Shown here in pieces: positions 1 through 11,797 of a stretch of DNA of 64,000 nucleotides. The notes under the pieces were generated by a model. It saw nothing but the letters and a program-made list of their open reading frames with translations. It did not search any database and was not told where the DNA came from. The translations under genes and the position numbers were made by a program. Source of the stretch: Marsupella aquatica (Eukaryota > Plantae > Marchantiophyta); NCBI GenBank assembly GCA_973895155.1, contig OZ316898.1, positions 7,613,079 to 7,677,078 of the forward strand. Reading direction: 5' to 3'. Positions within the stretch are counted from its first letter, which is position 1. Every line of letters begins with the position of its first letter.

Positions 1-25
1 ACAAAAATTAAGGAACACTACCTAC

Positions 26-3000
26 CACGTTGATCAGCCATGAAGGACTGAAAACCTTGGGCTTTTTCAATTTCAACCATATGATGCAAGGTAACTGCAC
101 AGAGAAATTCAGGCCAAGTCAAGACTATTTCAATCTATGTTTCTCCTTAACATATGCTTTATCCAACACGCTCAAGACAGCAAATGTGCATGCCCAACAT
201 CTATATAGGACTAACTTGAAGAGAAATTCAGGGTACATACAAAATATGTTGTTGGCGTTAGTGCAAATCCTCCCACAAATGCGAGCAGGTCGTCAAAGAA
301 TGGCAAAGCCATAGCTATAAATGCTGTGAAAACTGAAACAACAAACAACAAGGCCCAAGCAGCCAAAAGAGAGTTAGATTACTTGCCACTAAATTTATTG
401 GATGTTTGCATTCTGAAAATTGCACAAGCAAGAAAGGAATTAGGGTTTAGGGTTTAATTAGGGAAATTGCACAAGCAAGAAAGGAATTAGGGTTTAGGGT
501 TTAATTAGGGACATTAGAGAAAGGAAACTTCATGTCAACAAAAAACTTACGAACATAAGTGCTTCTAGTGACAATTCGTGTCATTGAAGTGTGTCCATGT
601 GGGTTATACACTACGCCAAATGACCGTTTCAAAACCTTCTCGATCAAATCAAACATTGGCATGGCATACACCTGCAAGGAAGCAATCCACACATTGCCTC
701 AATCTGTTATGCAGGTCCATTTGTTCAAGTTGGATCCGATAGTACTCCCAAAAATGCAAGGTGAAGAGGGGAACCCTAACATGTTTCCCTGATGTCCAGT
801 GTCACTTCACTTGCCCAGAGCTTTTGTCAGCCCAATAAACAATCTGGCTGTCCAGCCATGTGAGCAGGACCCACCGGGCACTAACCATGGGGGGTTTAAC
901 AAGAACGAACGGATGGACAATTTTCCCAGACCAAGTGAGTGGACCATTTGCAACCTAAAATATAGGGCCCCATGACAAATGGAGGGGCCTGCTTGGGGAA
1001 TGCATGGACATGAGACCGAGCATGCAAGATTTTGGCCACAAAAAAGTGTCCAGGTCACCATTCCTCTACTAGAAAAGCGCTGCATGGTGATTCTGTGCGA
1101 ACCTGGACTTTCTCCCTGGCACCCCTTGTTTTCTCCCTGTGACATTCAGATGGACTGAGACTCAAATAAATTGTGGCTAGAACCCTCAATGGATGAACTG
1201 TTAGGTGGAAATAACTGTGGCTAGAACCCTCACAAGATGAACTGTTAGGTGGAAATAACTGTGCCTAGAGCCCTCACAAGCTTGGGAATACTGATATCCA
1301 CTTCAGTTGTTGTCCTGTACTGTAAAATGATAATTGTGAGGACAAGATATCTTCTGACGTGTGAAAGTGCCTTCAATGTGAAACTATTCTTACAGGCATT
1401 GTTGGCTACCCCTTCTTACCTGCTGAGTTTTTAATTGTTTAGTATAGATACCCTTAAGGCCAAAAAAAACACAATTTTCATAAGCACAGGTCCCCTGTGC
1501 AGCTACTGTACTTTTCTGGGGCTCAGAAAGTTTCACAGAATGCTGGAAACCATGGCAAGGTGATAGTGGGCGTACCAGGTAACTTCCACTGACATGTATT
1601 GCAACAAAAAAACAGGCTATTGCAATGAGCCATGATGGTTCACCCAATTGAAGCAAAATATTTCCGCTCCTTGGATTTCCAGGTGAAATGCCACGGACAG
1701 TGAGGGCAGTTCCAAATGCCCAATACCCAGCAAATGCCACGGGAAAGTAGCAAATTGCAACAATGATGTATGCCACCATCACACCGCGCCACATTCGTTC
1801 CTTGGCCGGATGCTGTGGGGTAGATGGCAGAGTCGCTTGAATCTCGAGGACCACATTGTGACCGGCATAAGAAAAGGCTATAACTCCAAGGGCAGAGAAC
1901 ACTCCGAAAACTTGGTCTGCCTTTGACATGTGAGGATAAGAATCGTACTTGTCATGAGAAATTTTGTAGGAAGTTGGGCAAACTGCTGCCAGAGCTTGCG
2001 TGGAATTGGCAAATCCTCCATGATTAGACTTGCCCAATTGCAGAGAGTCGATCCAAGCTATGAGGCAATAACTGCACACCAAGAAATTGATGTTATTAGC
2101 GGGCTGACTTTCTGGATTCTCAAGGACGAATTGATCACAGGAATTGACATTAAACACTACCTAGCTAGAGAACTATAGGCTGTATGGAAGATCAAACAAC
2201 ACATCCCTATCCTGTACAAGAATTGAGATCTTGAAACTTACATTATGTCAGAGGAAGAGGAACACAGGACATAAATTCTACCAACAACGTTTTTTATCGA
2301 GATGTGTCCCACACACAGAATCTCTGCCCTTAGAATTTCTAGGATTTAAGGAGTTCTATTTGATCTGACAACCTGGGCCTCAAGGATGGGGTAAGGAATC
2401 TGACAAATTTGGTTGATATGGACTGAGGAAATTGGAGATTCTTGTATTTGGCTATTGACAGTTTACGATGAGCTGCCGGCGAAGGACATCTCTTGGAGGA
2501 GATGCATTCTCGGAGCTGCAATTCATCGATAATGAAGATGACAAAGAAATTCATCGGCTCACCGGCGGTCAAGAAATTCATCTATGGTACGTATATGACC
2601 AGGGAAACAAGTTAGCAAAATTTGACCGGACGTACGAGTTCGGCTTTCAACAAAGAACCAGTTCCTAAGGAGGTACAATTGCTCTATGACCACGGACTGC
2701 AATTCCTGCAAGAGCGTCTTCTTGAAGGTATAGTCGTCGCAGATAGGGTGTATATCTTTGAAGTGAAAACCATACTCTGCAATTTCCAGCTCGCCTGTGG
2801 ACAGACGATGATTGCGAGGAGTGGGAGAGGCCCCTAAAGTTTCAAAATTTCGGAAAACGCCGGACTAGTCGATGAGACTTAGCGAATCGGCTGCGGGAAT
2901 GGAAAACCGGCATGACTTCGGAATTTGGAGGACAGAAACAATTCTTTTGGATTGAAAAGCACCTGTATTTCAGCAAGAAGAATTGTTCTAGACGGTAGCG

Positions 3001-4959
3001 TAAAAGAATCTGCTACAGCCGATGAAGACCAACCCTATTCGAAAGAAGCAAAGAGAGAGGGAAAGATGACAAGAAATTTTGACAAAAACATTGCCCATAA
3101 AGGACACGTCTGGAAAGGTTCAATCAGTCAATCCATGTGTCTCCGTCAAGAGGAAATCTACACTACGTAGCAATAAAGAAAAATGCCGAGAAGGCTCAAT
3201 CATACCCGATGCACGTAATAGAAGCAAATAACGAGATGCTTGCGATGGAGTTGAAATTCCCGAGCTGGGCGAGGACGAGCTCATAGAAGGCAAAGAATAT
3301 AATGAACGTAGTTTTCCCAAGTTTCCCGCAGCACTGCTCTTCGGTTGCCATGGCGGCCAAATTAGTCTGTGGACAACGGACCAGCTGGTAGAACTGCCAG
3401 AGAGCATGGCCTCCTGTGAGCATGTAGACGATGTTAACTCCAACCTGCACGATAATTTGTTGTGGCAGAACTATCCACAGCCCCAGCCTCGGCCCGAACG
3501 CTTTTTGCCCGAGCTGGGAGTATGTATCAATCCTCTCCATTTCCCCGTTTTCGTTCCTTATCTCGTGCATCTGCACCATTTGCCACAACGTGAAAAGGGT
3601 GATGACCCACGACATCACCAGGACCACCACTCCTCCACCCCTGCGGCAAATCAATATATACATTCAACTCGTCAACTTCACAATTGGACAGTCTCGCACA
3701 TGATCCAAAGATCTTCTTATTCAGCTATCTGCCCGACTGTCAAGAATAAATCAAAATCATGGAAATGGTACGTGATGGTCGAGTCTTCTCCCTCTCACTC
3801 TCTCTCGGACACTTCATCCAGGCTAGAACTCGATTCCTGTGTACTAACAGCTTGAGGCATGAACGTGCTCGCTGATTGCGACAGGGCTGGCATCATCTAA
3901 ACAGTTGCCAACTGTAAAGTAGCTTTGTAGTTGCACACTTGCAAGGTCCGTAGCCACGGTAGTCAGAGCAAGTGAGACTAGATTGCGGTACCACCGTTCT
4001 TTGGATTCAAATGTTCAGTTTTAAGTGCTAGTTCATCACTCGAAATCGGTTGCTTCGAGTTGGCAATGAAGTCATGCATTCTCTTTCGCTTTTCGTCTCG
4101 AATGGAACAATATAAATTTTGTTCTCCTCGGTTCAGTAAAGCATGTTTGAGGAGCATTTTCATTGAACAGCAGGGTATCTATATTGATTGCAATGATTGA
4201 TGTCCGGTGAGATTGACCGTAATGGCTCACGTACCAGCCAAGATAGACCATTGCAGTTGGAAGACCAAGCACACCGGCTCCCACAATGGCCGTGACGTTG
4301 TGGAAGGCGGCGTACCACCATTTGCCATTCCGAGCTCTCGTCTGAGGTAGGCGATCATCGATTTCTTCGGCATCCTGCGCGCTTGAACGGTCACAAATTC
4401 CAGAGTTACAAATGCATAGCTAGGTGCACATAGATCATACCTCAGCAGGGGAAATCTGGAAAATCTTTCACAAATTCTTGACGTGACGTGAACTCGCCTT
4501 CTCTAGCTAGCTGCGCCTACATTTCAATTTCCAAGTTTAAGGTTACTTGTACAAAAACCATCGTCATCGCTCACTGATCAAGCAGGTAGAAAAATCTGTT
4601 GGGCACTGGAGTTGGCAATCGAGGCTCTAGAATCCCAAGACGATGAGATTCCAAGACCTTGTAATACGATTGAGCTCCACTTTTCGGAAGCTTGAAGGCG
4701 CAAGAGTATAGCTCAGCAGGAGTTTTTCCCCTCTCGAGACCTCGGGTCCATAAACCACCATTAGGTCATGTGAAAACTACAAGGAGCGCAACGATCAAAG
4801 TGAAGCCTAACGGTCTCTTCCGATGGTCGATATGGAAGGATCGAATTTGTTATGGTCACTGTATGCCCGTACCTCTTCACTAGTATGAAACTCGGTGCTG
4901 AAAGGTCGACTTGGACTCAACATGGTCATGGATTGCCCATTCTCGACAGACGTCGCCAT
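26..4959 (-). CDS. LHT: Lysine/histidine transporter (LHT)-like amino acid permease, AAAP family; last exon(s) lie beyond the left edge
   Basis: Phase-compatible GT-AG exons read by eye: 4959-4873 (MATSVENG..EE), 4374-4235 (IDDRLPQTRARNGKWWYAAFHNVTAIVGAGVLGLP), 3640-3206 (TLWQMVQMHE..YSQLGQKAFGPRLGLWIVLPQQ), 2071-1576 (FSYAGHNVVLEIQATLPST..WRGVMVAYIIVAICYFPVA), 671-551 (VYAMPMFDLIE), 332-241 (LPFFDDLLAFVGGFALTPTTYF), 94-26 (LPCIIWLKLKKPKVFSPSW). These are hallmark LHT motifs. The first exon is the least certain. Confidence 0.93.
417..511. repeat. Tandem duplication of a ~47-bp unit containing telomere-type TTAGGGTTTAGGGTTT (telo-box) in an LHT intron
   Basis: aaattgcacaagcaagaaaggaattagggtttagggtttaattaggga occurs twice head-to-tail. 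Confidence 0.9.
1165..1280. repeat. Short tandem repeat (~48-bp unit, ~2.5 copies) in an LHT intron
   Basis: Repeated ctgtggctagaaccctca..gatgaactgttaggtggaaataa. Confidence 0.8.
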
Positions 4960-5910
4960 CACACTGCAACTATGGTGCTCCCGATGGCGCTGTCACATTA
5001 TCCGCTTGCAGTTGTCGAATAAATGGACGACAATTGCCTGTCCAACAATCCGAAAAGAGGAGCTACCGCGAGCTTAGGCACCAGAATGGTAACACATACA
5101 TGTAAAACCGATTCAGTGTCCGAAAGATGGTGGAGGCTAAACCGATTCAGTGTCCGGAAAATGGTGGAGGCTAACATGCAATCTCGGAAATCCAAATATT
5201 TGTAATTGATCTCTCGCTTAGCGGTCCAGCAATCATGGCCCCCGACCTTCGAATCAAGGCCATTCCTCCTTGTCCGGCGGGTCAATTTTTGACGTCGATA
5301 GATATTCTTCATTGAATCAATAAAAAACACTTCACTGAATCAATAAAAAACATAAACAGAGAGCACAGCGCCACAGGATCATCACAGCCAGGACGGAGCA
5401 GGAATCCAGGGGGTGACTTCCAGGATCGTGCACGTTGGCAAGGCGCGTGGGACGACTTCTTGAGGAGTTAGCTCCATGGAGAAGCCCCGTGAGAAGCTTT
5501 CTATCTGTCAAGATGGACTGAGCGAATCGATGTCCGTTTCTATCGATTCAGTTTCCTCTCACACCTTCGTCACATCTTCCCTTTGTGGGCTTTGCTCGCA
5601 GATCTCTACCGAAAGTGAAAATTCATACCGCTCAGAAATGAACGACGCAAAAATGCAAAATCATTTTCTAGGCCAGCTTTCCAAATAAACGCGTAGACCG
5701 CTTTGATAGAACCAGTGGCGACATACGCCACGTGACTGTCCGTCGATGGAGTCTCACAATTGTTTTCTTCAGCGCATTACCAGGTTGCCGTTCTTCTGTG
5801 CACTCTTGAAGCAATCGAATTGATTTCCTTCCGATGACCAGTGAAGACTTTTGTGCTTATGAGCGGAAGCTGCTGTGTAAGAGCTGTTTGCTTCCTATAT
5901 ATATATACTA

Positions 5911-6335
5911 GATATTTGCTTACTGTATAAATTAAATATAGGGTTGCTGATATGTCAAAAAGCAATCCCAATGTACACTATTTGCTTGCTGTACTCTATA
6001 AATAAAATATATGGTTGTTGATATGTCAAAAAGGAAGCCCAATGTACACTATTTGCTTACTCTATACATTAAGTATAGGGTTGCTGATATGTCAAAAAGC
6101 AAGCCCAATGGTTAGTGGGTTATCTAGTATCTCCTGACATATGCACTCTTGGATGCTAACAATTGGATCTATGTGACCCTTGGATGGGATTCATCGAATC
6201 TTGGTGAACCCATGCACTCTTGGATGCTAACAATTGGATCTATGTCACCCTTGGATGGGATTCATTGAATCTTGGTGAACCCAGGAATAATATGCACTCT
6301 TGGATGCTAATCATTGGATCTATGTCACCCTTGGA
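5911..6335. repeat. Two adjacent minisatellites (~65-bp unit x3 and ~71-bp unit x3)
   Basis: atttgcttactgtataaattaaatatagggttgctgatatgtcaaaaagcaatcccaatgtacact x3 (5911-6110); atgcactcttggatgctaacaattggatctatgtcacccttgga.. x3 (6140-6335). Confidence 0.85.
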
Positions 6336-6655
6336 ATGAATCCTATATACAGTTAATGCCCTATTAATACACTGACTCATATACAGATCCACTAATAGCA
6401 TTAGAGTAACCCATTGGGTTGTCTTTTCTGTTGAACCTTACTGGATTTGGTCAACATAGCATTACACTAGGCCACCCTAGTAACTGGTGGAGATGCTCTA
6501 AGCATGTGCTTTGCCAAATGAATTGTAAGCTTGATTGTAAGATTATTCAACATTGACTTTCTGATAACACAATGTTTTATAGTGCAAAGGAGACAATCTA
6601 GCTAGGTATTGTTCCTCATCTGGCTCGGAGAGTCTTTTCATGATGAAAAGTTCTT

Positions 6656-6957
6656 TTTTTTTGCCTTGAAACCGAAAGCTGACCAATCCAACAGAGGATA
6701 GACCATCAACTCCGGAGCATGCACCTCTGTAGGGTAGCCCACAAGGGGGGTCATACCCAGGACCAGGAGGAAGAGAGGGTTGGACCAGAGCCCAAAGCGG
6801 ACCAGCCAGGGCTGAAGAAAAACCAATACTCCCACCACTACACCCCACCCACACACACACTCACCCTCCACAACCCTTGCATGTGGAGGGGGGATTGAAC
6901 CTGGGACCTCTCAGTTCTAGGCTCATCCCCTGGCCAACTGACCACAGCCAGTTGGTT
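6656..6957 (-). mobile_element. tRNA-derived SINE, full length, with target-site duplication
   Basis: The minus strand has box A-like TGGTCAGTTGG, box B GGTTCAATCCC and a 3' TTCAAGGC-poly(A) tail. It is flanked by 16-bp direct repeats atgatgaaaagttctt (6640-6655) and atgataaaaagttctt (6958-6973). A homologous copy lies at 33941-34284. Confidence 0.88.
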
Positions 6958-8102
6958 ATGATAAAAAGTTCTTATCTGTTTGGGCACCCTTGGGTTGATG
7001 AGTTGAGGGCCCTGTTAATTTGGACTCCCTATGGAAATCTCCTTAGTTCCAAAATCCCTCTAAGCATGTGCAGACACACCAGCATTATTGGTTACAAACA
7101 AGAATGGTTAGTTATGTAAGGAAACCAAACGTGATGTTTTGTGTTTGAGTCAAGACAAAGAAAAAGAAGTAGCATTTCACAAAAAGAGAGGATAAAACAG
7201 GGGTAAAGAACTGTTGGGTTGTCATTGATATATCAGTGTTTTTGGTAAACTGTTTGAATTTTCTATTTGATTAGCAACCAATTGAAATAAACCATGGGTA
7301 AAAAAAGTAACTCTTCAGCTTCCATGGTGACATAAGAAACTCTTTGGCTACTATGGACAGAGGAATACCAAGAGAATGTAAAGAAACCCTTTGGTGACCA
7401 TGGGAATACCAAGGGAATGTAAGAAACCCCTCGGCTACTTTAACATTTTGCATGGAGTGTATGGAATGTCATATGAGTTGCATGGACATAAGAGTACAAA
7501 GGGAAAGTTGGGACTGTTACCATGAATAGTTGTTTCTTTGTGCCCTCTCATCTCCACACTCAAAACTATTCCAATATGCACCTCTTCATTGCTCCAACTT
7601 GTTGATTTACATCAAACTTAATAACCAAGGGTCATCAAACTAATTGTGTTAATTTGATACCATGTTTGAATGTCATTTTGGAACTTTCATGGACCGGACC
7701 CTAGGAGTTGAACTTAGGACCTTATGTGAACATTGTAGTGCACCTTTGGGCCTGCACCATCATTGGTCCAAGTGTGGTTCATTTCCAACATTTTGCACAT
7801 CAAGGCATCATAGGTGTATTTTGCTACATAGCAAGTGCCCATGGCTTACTACACATCAAAAAGCAGCCTCAATATGGTTTATATACTATATGGCAAGTGC
7901 CCATAGGTTTGAATGGAATATTGATACCAGGATAAATCAAATTCTTCCTTTATCTCGCCTAGTCTAGTGTTGTACCTATCTGGGTGCTGGTTTTGATGAT
8001 TGTGCACTTTCAGACCAACTTCAGGATCTTGTCTCACAGAGCACATGACATTGTACAATGTGTCATGATCTGTTTGGGAAGTTAGGATTTGGAGAATCAC
8101 TC

Positions 8103-8300
8103 TGCTCAGGCATGCATGTAAATACACTTAACCGTGTCTAAGTGCAAGCTCCCAGGAAGACACCACCAACCAGCACTTACCCAGCAGATGCACTATGCTG
8201 TTGCTCAGGCATGCATGTAAATACACTTAACCATGTCTAAGTGCAAGCTCCCAGGAAGACACCACCAACCAGCACTTACCCAGCAGATGCACTATGCTGT
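8103..8300. repeat. Near-perfect tandem duplication of ~99 bp
   Basis: tgctcaggcatgcatgtaaatacacttaacc..cagcagatgcactatgctgt occurs twice. Confidence 0.9.
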
Positions 8301-8469
8301 GACTGCATGGGATATCACTTACATTGCCTAGTAAATGCATGGGAAATCTCTTAGGCACTTCTTCATTGTGTTGTCAGTTCACACACATTGGGTTCCTCAT
8401 GCCCCGAGCCCTCATGTTGCACGATTCAACTGAATAAGTCAATAAATGGTTCTTATGTATGGGTTCAGT

Positions 8470-8605
8470 AGTCTAGCTCAGGTGGCCAGAGCATTGGGCC
8501 CAAGACTTACCAGTAAGATCTCTAAGGTCTCAACTTCAACTCTCCCTCTATACACAAGCTAGGGTATGGAGAATAAAGAGTGGGTGTGGATTGCAGTTGT
8601 GACTG
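8470..8605 (+). mobile_element. Possible old/diverged SINE head
   Basis: tagctcaggtggccagagc (box A-like) is followed by a decayed box B and ccctc..agggtatggag..gtgggtgtgg, resembling the 5' half of the SINE at 6656 and 33941. Confidence 0.35.
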
Positions 8606-9889
8606 AGTCACATTAGGTTGTGAGGCTGACTCCTACAAAACTAGTCCTACTGTAGTTTAACATCTACATTACCCTTGTAACGAACCTTGCACAAATGGGT
8701 TCGTTTAATTCATTAAGAGGAAACAGTGTGTTCCCATGGGCTGCTTTTTACTTAATTAATGCATGCCAGAATGCCACCTTATCGTTAGTGCATACCAATG
8801 TTGCACTGCAGATTCAGGGAGTGTTCACCTTCACTAGCCCTAAAACCTGTGCATAGTCTGAATACTTGTGCATGTGTACTGGAATGTATGCACAGGAACG
8901 GCTCCCTACAACCTAGACTCTACTGCTCAATTAAGCACAAAAAGCAATCTCAAGGAAAATCAATGCTCCTAATAATTTGTACTAATCCACTCCGCATGCT
9001 CAATTAAGCACAAAAACATTCTCACCCCAAAAAGCAATCTCAAGGCAAATCAATGCACCTAATTGTACTAATCCGATTCATGTAAGTCATGAACAGTAAA
9101 TTTAGTTACTTTGGGTTTGGAGGTGCACCAAAAAGAAGGCAATTATGTAGACTTTCAGTATTCTGCATTACCGGAAGGCGGAATAGCTCATATGGTTTGA
9201 AATCCATCCATTCTTCTGCGAGGTCCAGCATGGGTGATTGGCTTAATGCTGTACTCTAATCCTTGTCATCGAATCTGACAAGACAAACATCTGTGATCCA
9301 TCTCTTTCGAAACAAATTCACCTGACTGAACGACAACAAGAAAAGTAGCCACTAAATTTCGAGGAAAAAAGAAATGGGGTGAGATCATTGAGTACAAGGT
9401 TGGTTCAAGAAAGCTCGATGACAAATGGTTTATCACATTGTCTACCACTGAATAGCATTCTCTGTCAAACGAAACGGGCAACAAACTGATGAAACAAGTC
9501 GTTCAATGACTGAGCTCTGGTCGGAGAAAAGAAAACTCTTTACACTGAAGGAACACTAATGGAAAAAATTGGTTCCTTGCTCCGCTTTAGCACTGGAGAA
9601 AGTTCCCGCACATGAGCAGAATCTGATAACAAAAATATTCTACAAAACAATAAGAAACTTATCACAGGACTGTAAAGATCCTAGAAAACCTGATCTTAAC
9701 ACTGTCCTAAAAAGAGCTACAGAGCTAGACAGAATTCTTTCAATTCTGACTCTCGTTTAAGCTTTGGCTCTTGGTGCTCACTGACGAGGTCTGCATACTT
9801 GTTTCCTACCTTCGACAATCCTAAAGTGAAGATGCATGCCCGAAAAAATAAAATAAAAGCATTGCACGAATCAGCCCTTGCCGATTTCT

Positions 9890-11797
9890 TCAGACTGACT
9901 TTGCCGAGGTCTGCTCACACCACGACTTGGGCTGGGAGAATTGGGAAGTAAGTCTACCCTGGTGAAGGTCTCGAGTGAGTTCTGCGCAAGTGTTCTTCAG
10001 CTCCTCGGCAATTCGAGTCCTTACTTTCTCAAACGCAGCACCGATGCGGAAATCCATGTATCTATTGAAACTATCGTCAGAGGCCCCAAGATAATTCAAT
10101 TTGCGCCTCTTACTTGATATAATCGCAGAGCTAGTCATCTCATTCATCAGCTTCGTACCAATGGGAACTGATTGACTCTGCAACCATGAACTTAGATGGG
10201 AAAATTCTAGGTCTAATCTCCTTAGGTCTAGTGTCCTTTCATCGTACGTGGTATGAGTCGTCAAAGTAGTACTACTCTTCCGCACCAAGCTGGAGGCTCG
10301 TAAACATAGTCGCGTTAGGTGCCTTGATTGAGATTGGATTGAAGCTCCAGTTTGAACGGCAGGTCGATCAGAAGGTGTGGCCATCTGTTTACAATCCTTG
10401 GACTCGCTTCCAGATGTGGATGTAAATTCTCTAGTAGAGCTCGGTGGCTTGTTCGGATTGTGAGAATGATAGGCCAGAACTAAAGGGCTGGACGGACAAC
10501 CAAGAGATGAGTCTGCTTTGTTTCTCTCGGTAGACTTCTCGTGGGCAATCTGGTTTGGCTCCATTTTCTTGTCGGAGTGTGGAGCTTTCTCAGAACTCTC
10601 CTTGGTATGATCTAATATGAAGCTGACTCCTTGTTCTATCGCCGTTCCACTAGAACGCCACTCTGTCGAAAACCCTTCGTCAGGATACGCATTGAGGGAA
10701 TTGTGGCCGGTTGCTAACAAGTCCTCTTGGTCATTCGCCGAACAAGTTCTTGTACTGACTCTGTAAGAACTTCCTGATTTCAAACTGTTCTCCGTTGCAA
10801 CGGAACTCCGAGCACTCACCAGACGTTTGAGAAGGTCGCAGACTGGCTCCGTCAGCATGCTGTGCATACGGGCTTTGCGATTTGTCCGCTTCATATTGTC
10901 TCTATATGCCTTTAAGACGGTGTCGAACAATCGTTCGCATTTGTATTTGTTGTACCTTTCTCGTTGGAAGTTCCATGTCCTTCCTCGCAGTGTAGGAGGA
11001 AGGAGAACCTCGACACGCTTCCACTTTGTCATCGGTCTCCCAGTAGATGATTGAATAGGTATATTGCATTTGTTTCTAGTCTCCTCCTCAACTTGTCTCA
11101 CGGCCTCGATAACTTGAAGGCAGCCGGTTTCGGTCCAATGTATGATCGTGGCGTTACCCTCAGACTTGACTCGAGCAAGATCTGTCCTCTGTTCTTTTCC
11201 CGCATTGCTATCAAAGTTTTGAGCTTCCACAGGACGCTGTAACTCAGTCTCCCGAGCTTCTCCATCCTCTCGTACTGATGAATACGACTGACCCTGCACA
11301 GAATTCGCCACCCTTTCCGACAGGCGTCGCCCCACCCGACCCGAAATCAGATTGCTAGCATTGACCCTCTTTGAACTTCCTGGTATCAAGCGTCTCTCCA
11401 GTGGGACTGAACCGATCCTGTTGAGAAGATCTTCACGCCTCTTCAAGAGTCTACAGACAGGCTCGGTCAGATTCCCCAGATTTCCCTTCCCTTCGACTTT
11501 GTCTCTGTAAGCTTTCACAAGGTTGTGAAAAAAGCTGTAGCATTTTGGAGTATTGTTCGATTGTCTTTTCCTGCTGCATGTCATCGCTCGCAACTCAACT
11601 GGTAAGAGCTTTGTGATTGCTTTCCATTTTTCCATCTTACTACCCGTTTTCTGGCCAGCTGATCCTCCACTCGCTTTCTGTGACGCGTCGATCATAGCCT
11701 CCTTCTCTACCTTGATCACAGCTTCCACAAGCTGAAGGCGAGCCCTCTCAGTCCAATTGATGACTCTCTGCTCCGCACTCATCTTCAAATCTTTCAT
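9890..11797 (-). CDS. Intronless 635-aa protein with two divergent trihelix/Myb-SANT-like repeats and a C-terminal helical/coiled-coil segment; putative DNA-binding protein
   Basis: Long ATG-initiated ORF. Internal repeat: INWTERARLQLVEAV..KWKAITKLLP..KCYSFFHNLVKAYRD..LTEPVCRLLKR versus IHWTETGCLQVIEAV..KWKRVEVLLP..KCERLFDTVLKAYRD..LTEPVCDLLKR. The W..W..KC..F.N/D..K.YR spacing matches trihelix (GT-like) domains. Basic SKRRK motif near the C-terminus. Confidence 0.75.
   Translation of the reverse strand: MKDLKMSAEQRVINWTERARLQLVEAVIKVEKEAMIDASQKASGGSAGQKTGSKMEKWKAITKLLPVELRAMTCSRKRQSNNTPKCYSFFHNLVKAYRDKVEGKGNLGNLTEPVCRLLKRREDLLNRIGSVPLERRLIPGSSKRVNASNLISGRVGRRLSERVANSVQGQSYSSVREDGEARETELQRPVEAQNFDSNAGKEQRTDLARVKSEGNATIIHWTETGCLQVIEAVRQVEEETRNKCNIPIQSSTGRPMTKWKRVEVLLPPTLRGRTWNFQRERYNKYKCERLFDTVLKAYRDNMKRTNRKARMHSMLTEPVCDLLKRLVSARSSVATENSLKSGSSYRVSTRTCSANDQEDLLATGHNSLNAYPDEGFSTEWRSSGTAIEQGVSFILDHTKESSEKAPHSDKKMEPNQIAHEKSTERNKADSSLGCPSSPLVLAYHSHNPNKPPSSTREFTSTSGSESKDCKQMATPSDRPAVQTGASIQSQSRHLTRLCLRASSLVRKSSTTLTTHTTYDERTLDLRRLDLEFSHLSSWLQSQSVPIGTKLMNEMTSSAIISSKRRKLNYLGASDDSFNRYMDFRIGAAFEKVRTRIAEELKNTCAELTRDLHQGRLTSQFSQPKSWCEQTSAKSV

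Noticed and set aside
417-511. Chromosome end / true telomere
   Set aside because: Only a few units, located inside an intron of an apparently intact gene.
6543-6871. ORFs ending FGFKAKKK / SAFKAKK (also 34030-34287)
   Set aside because: These are translations of the SINE body and tail.
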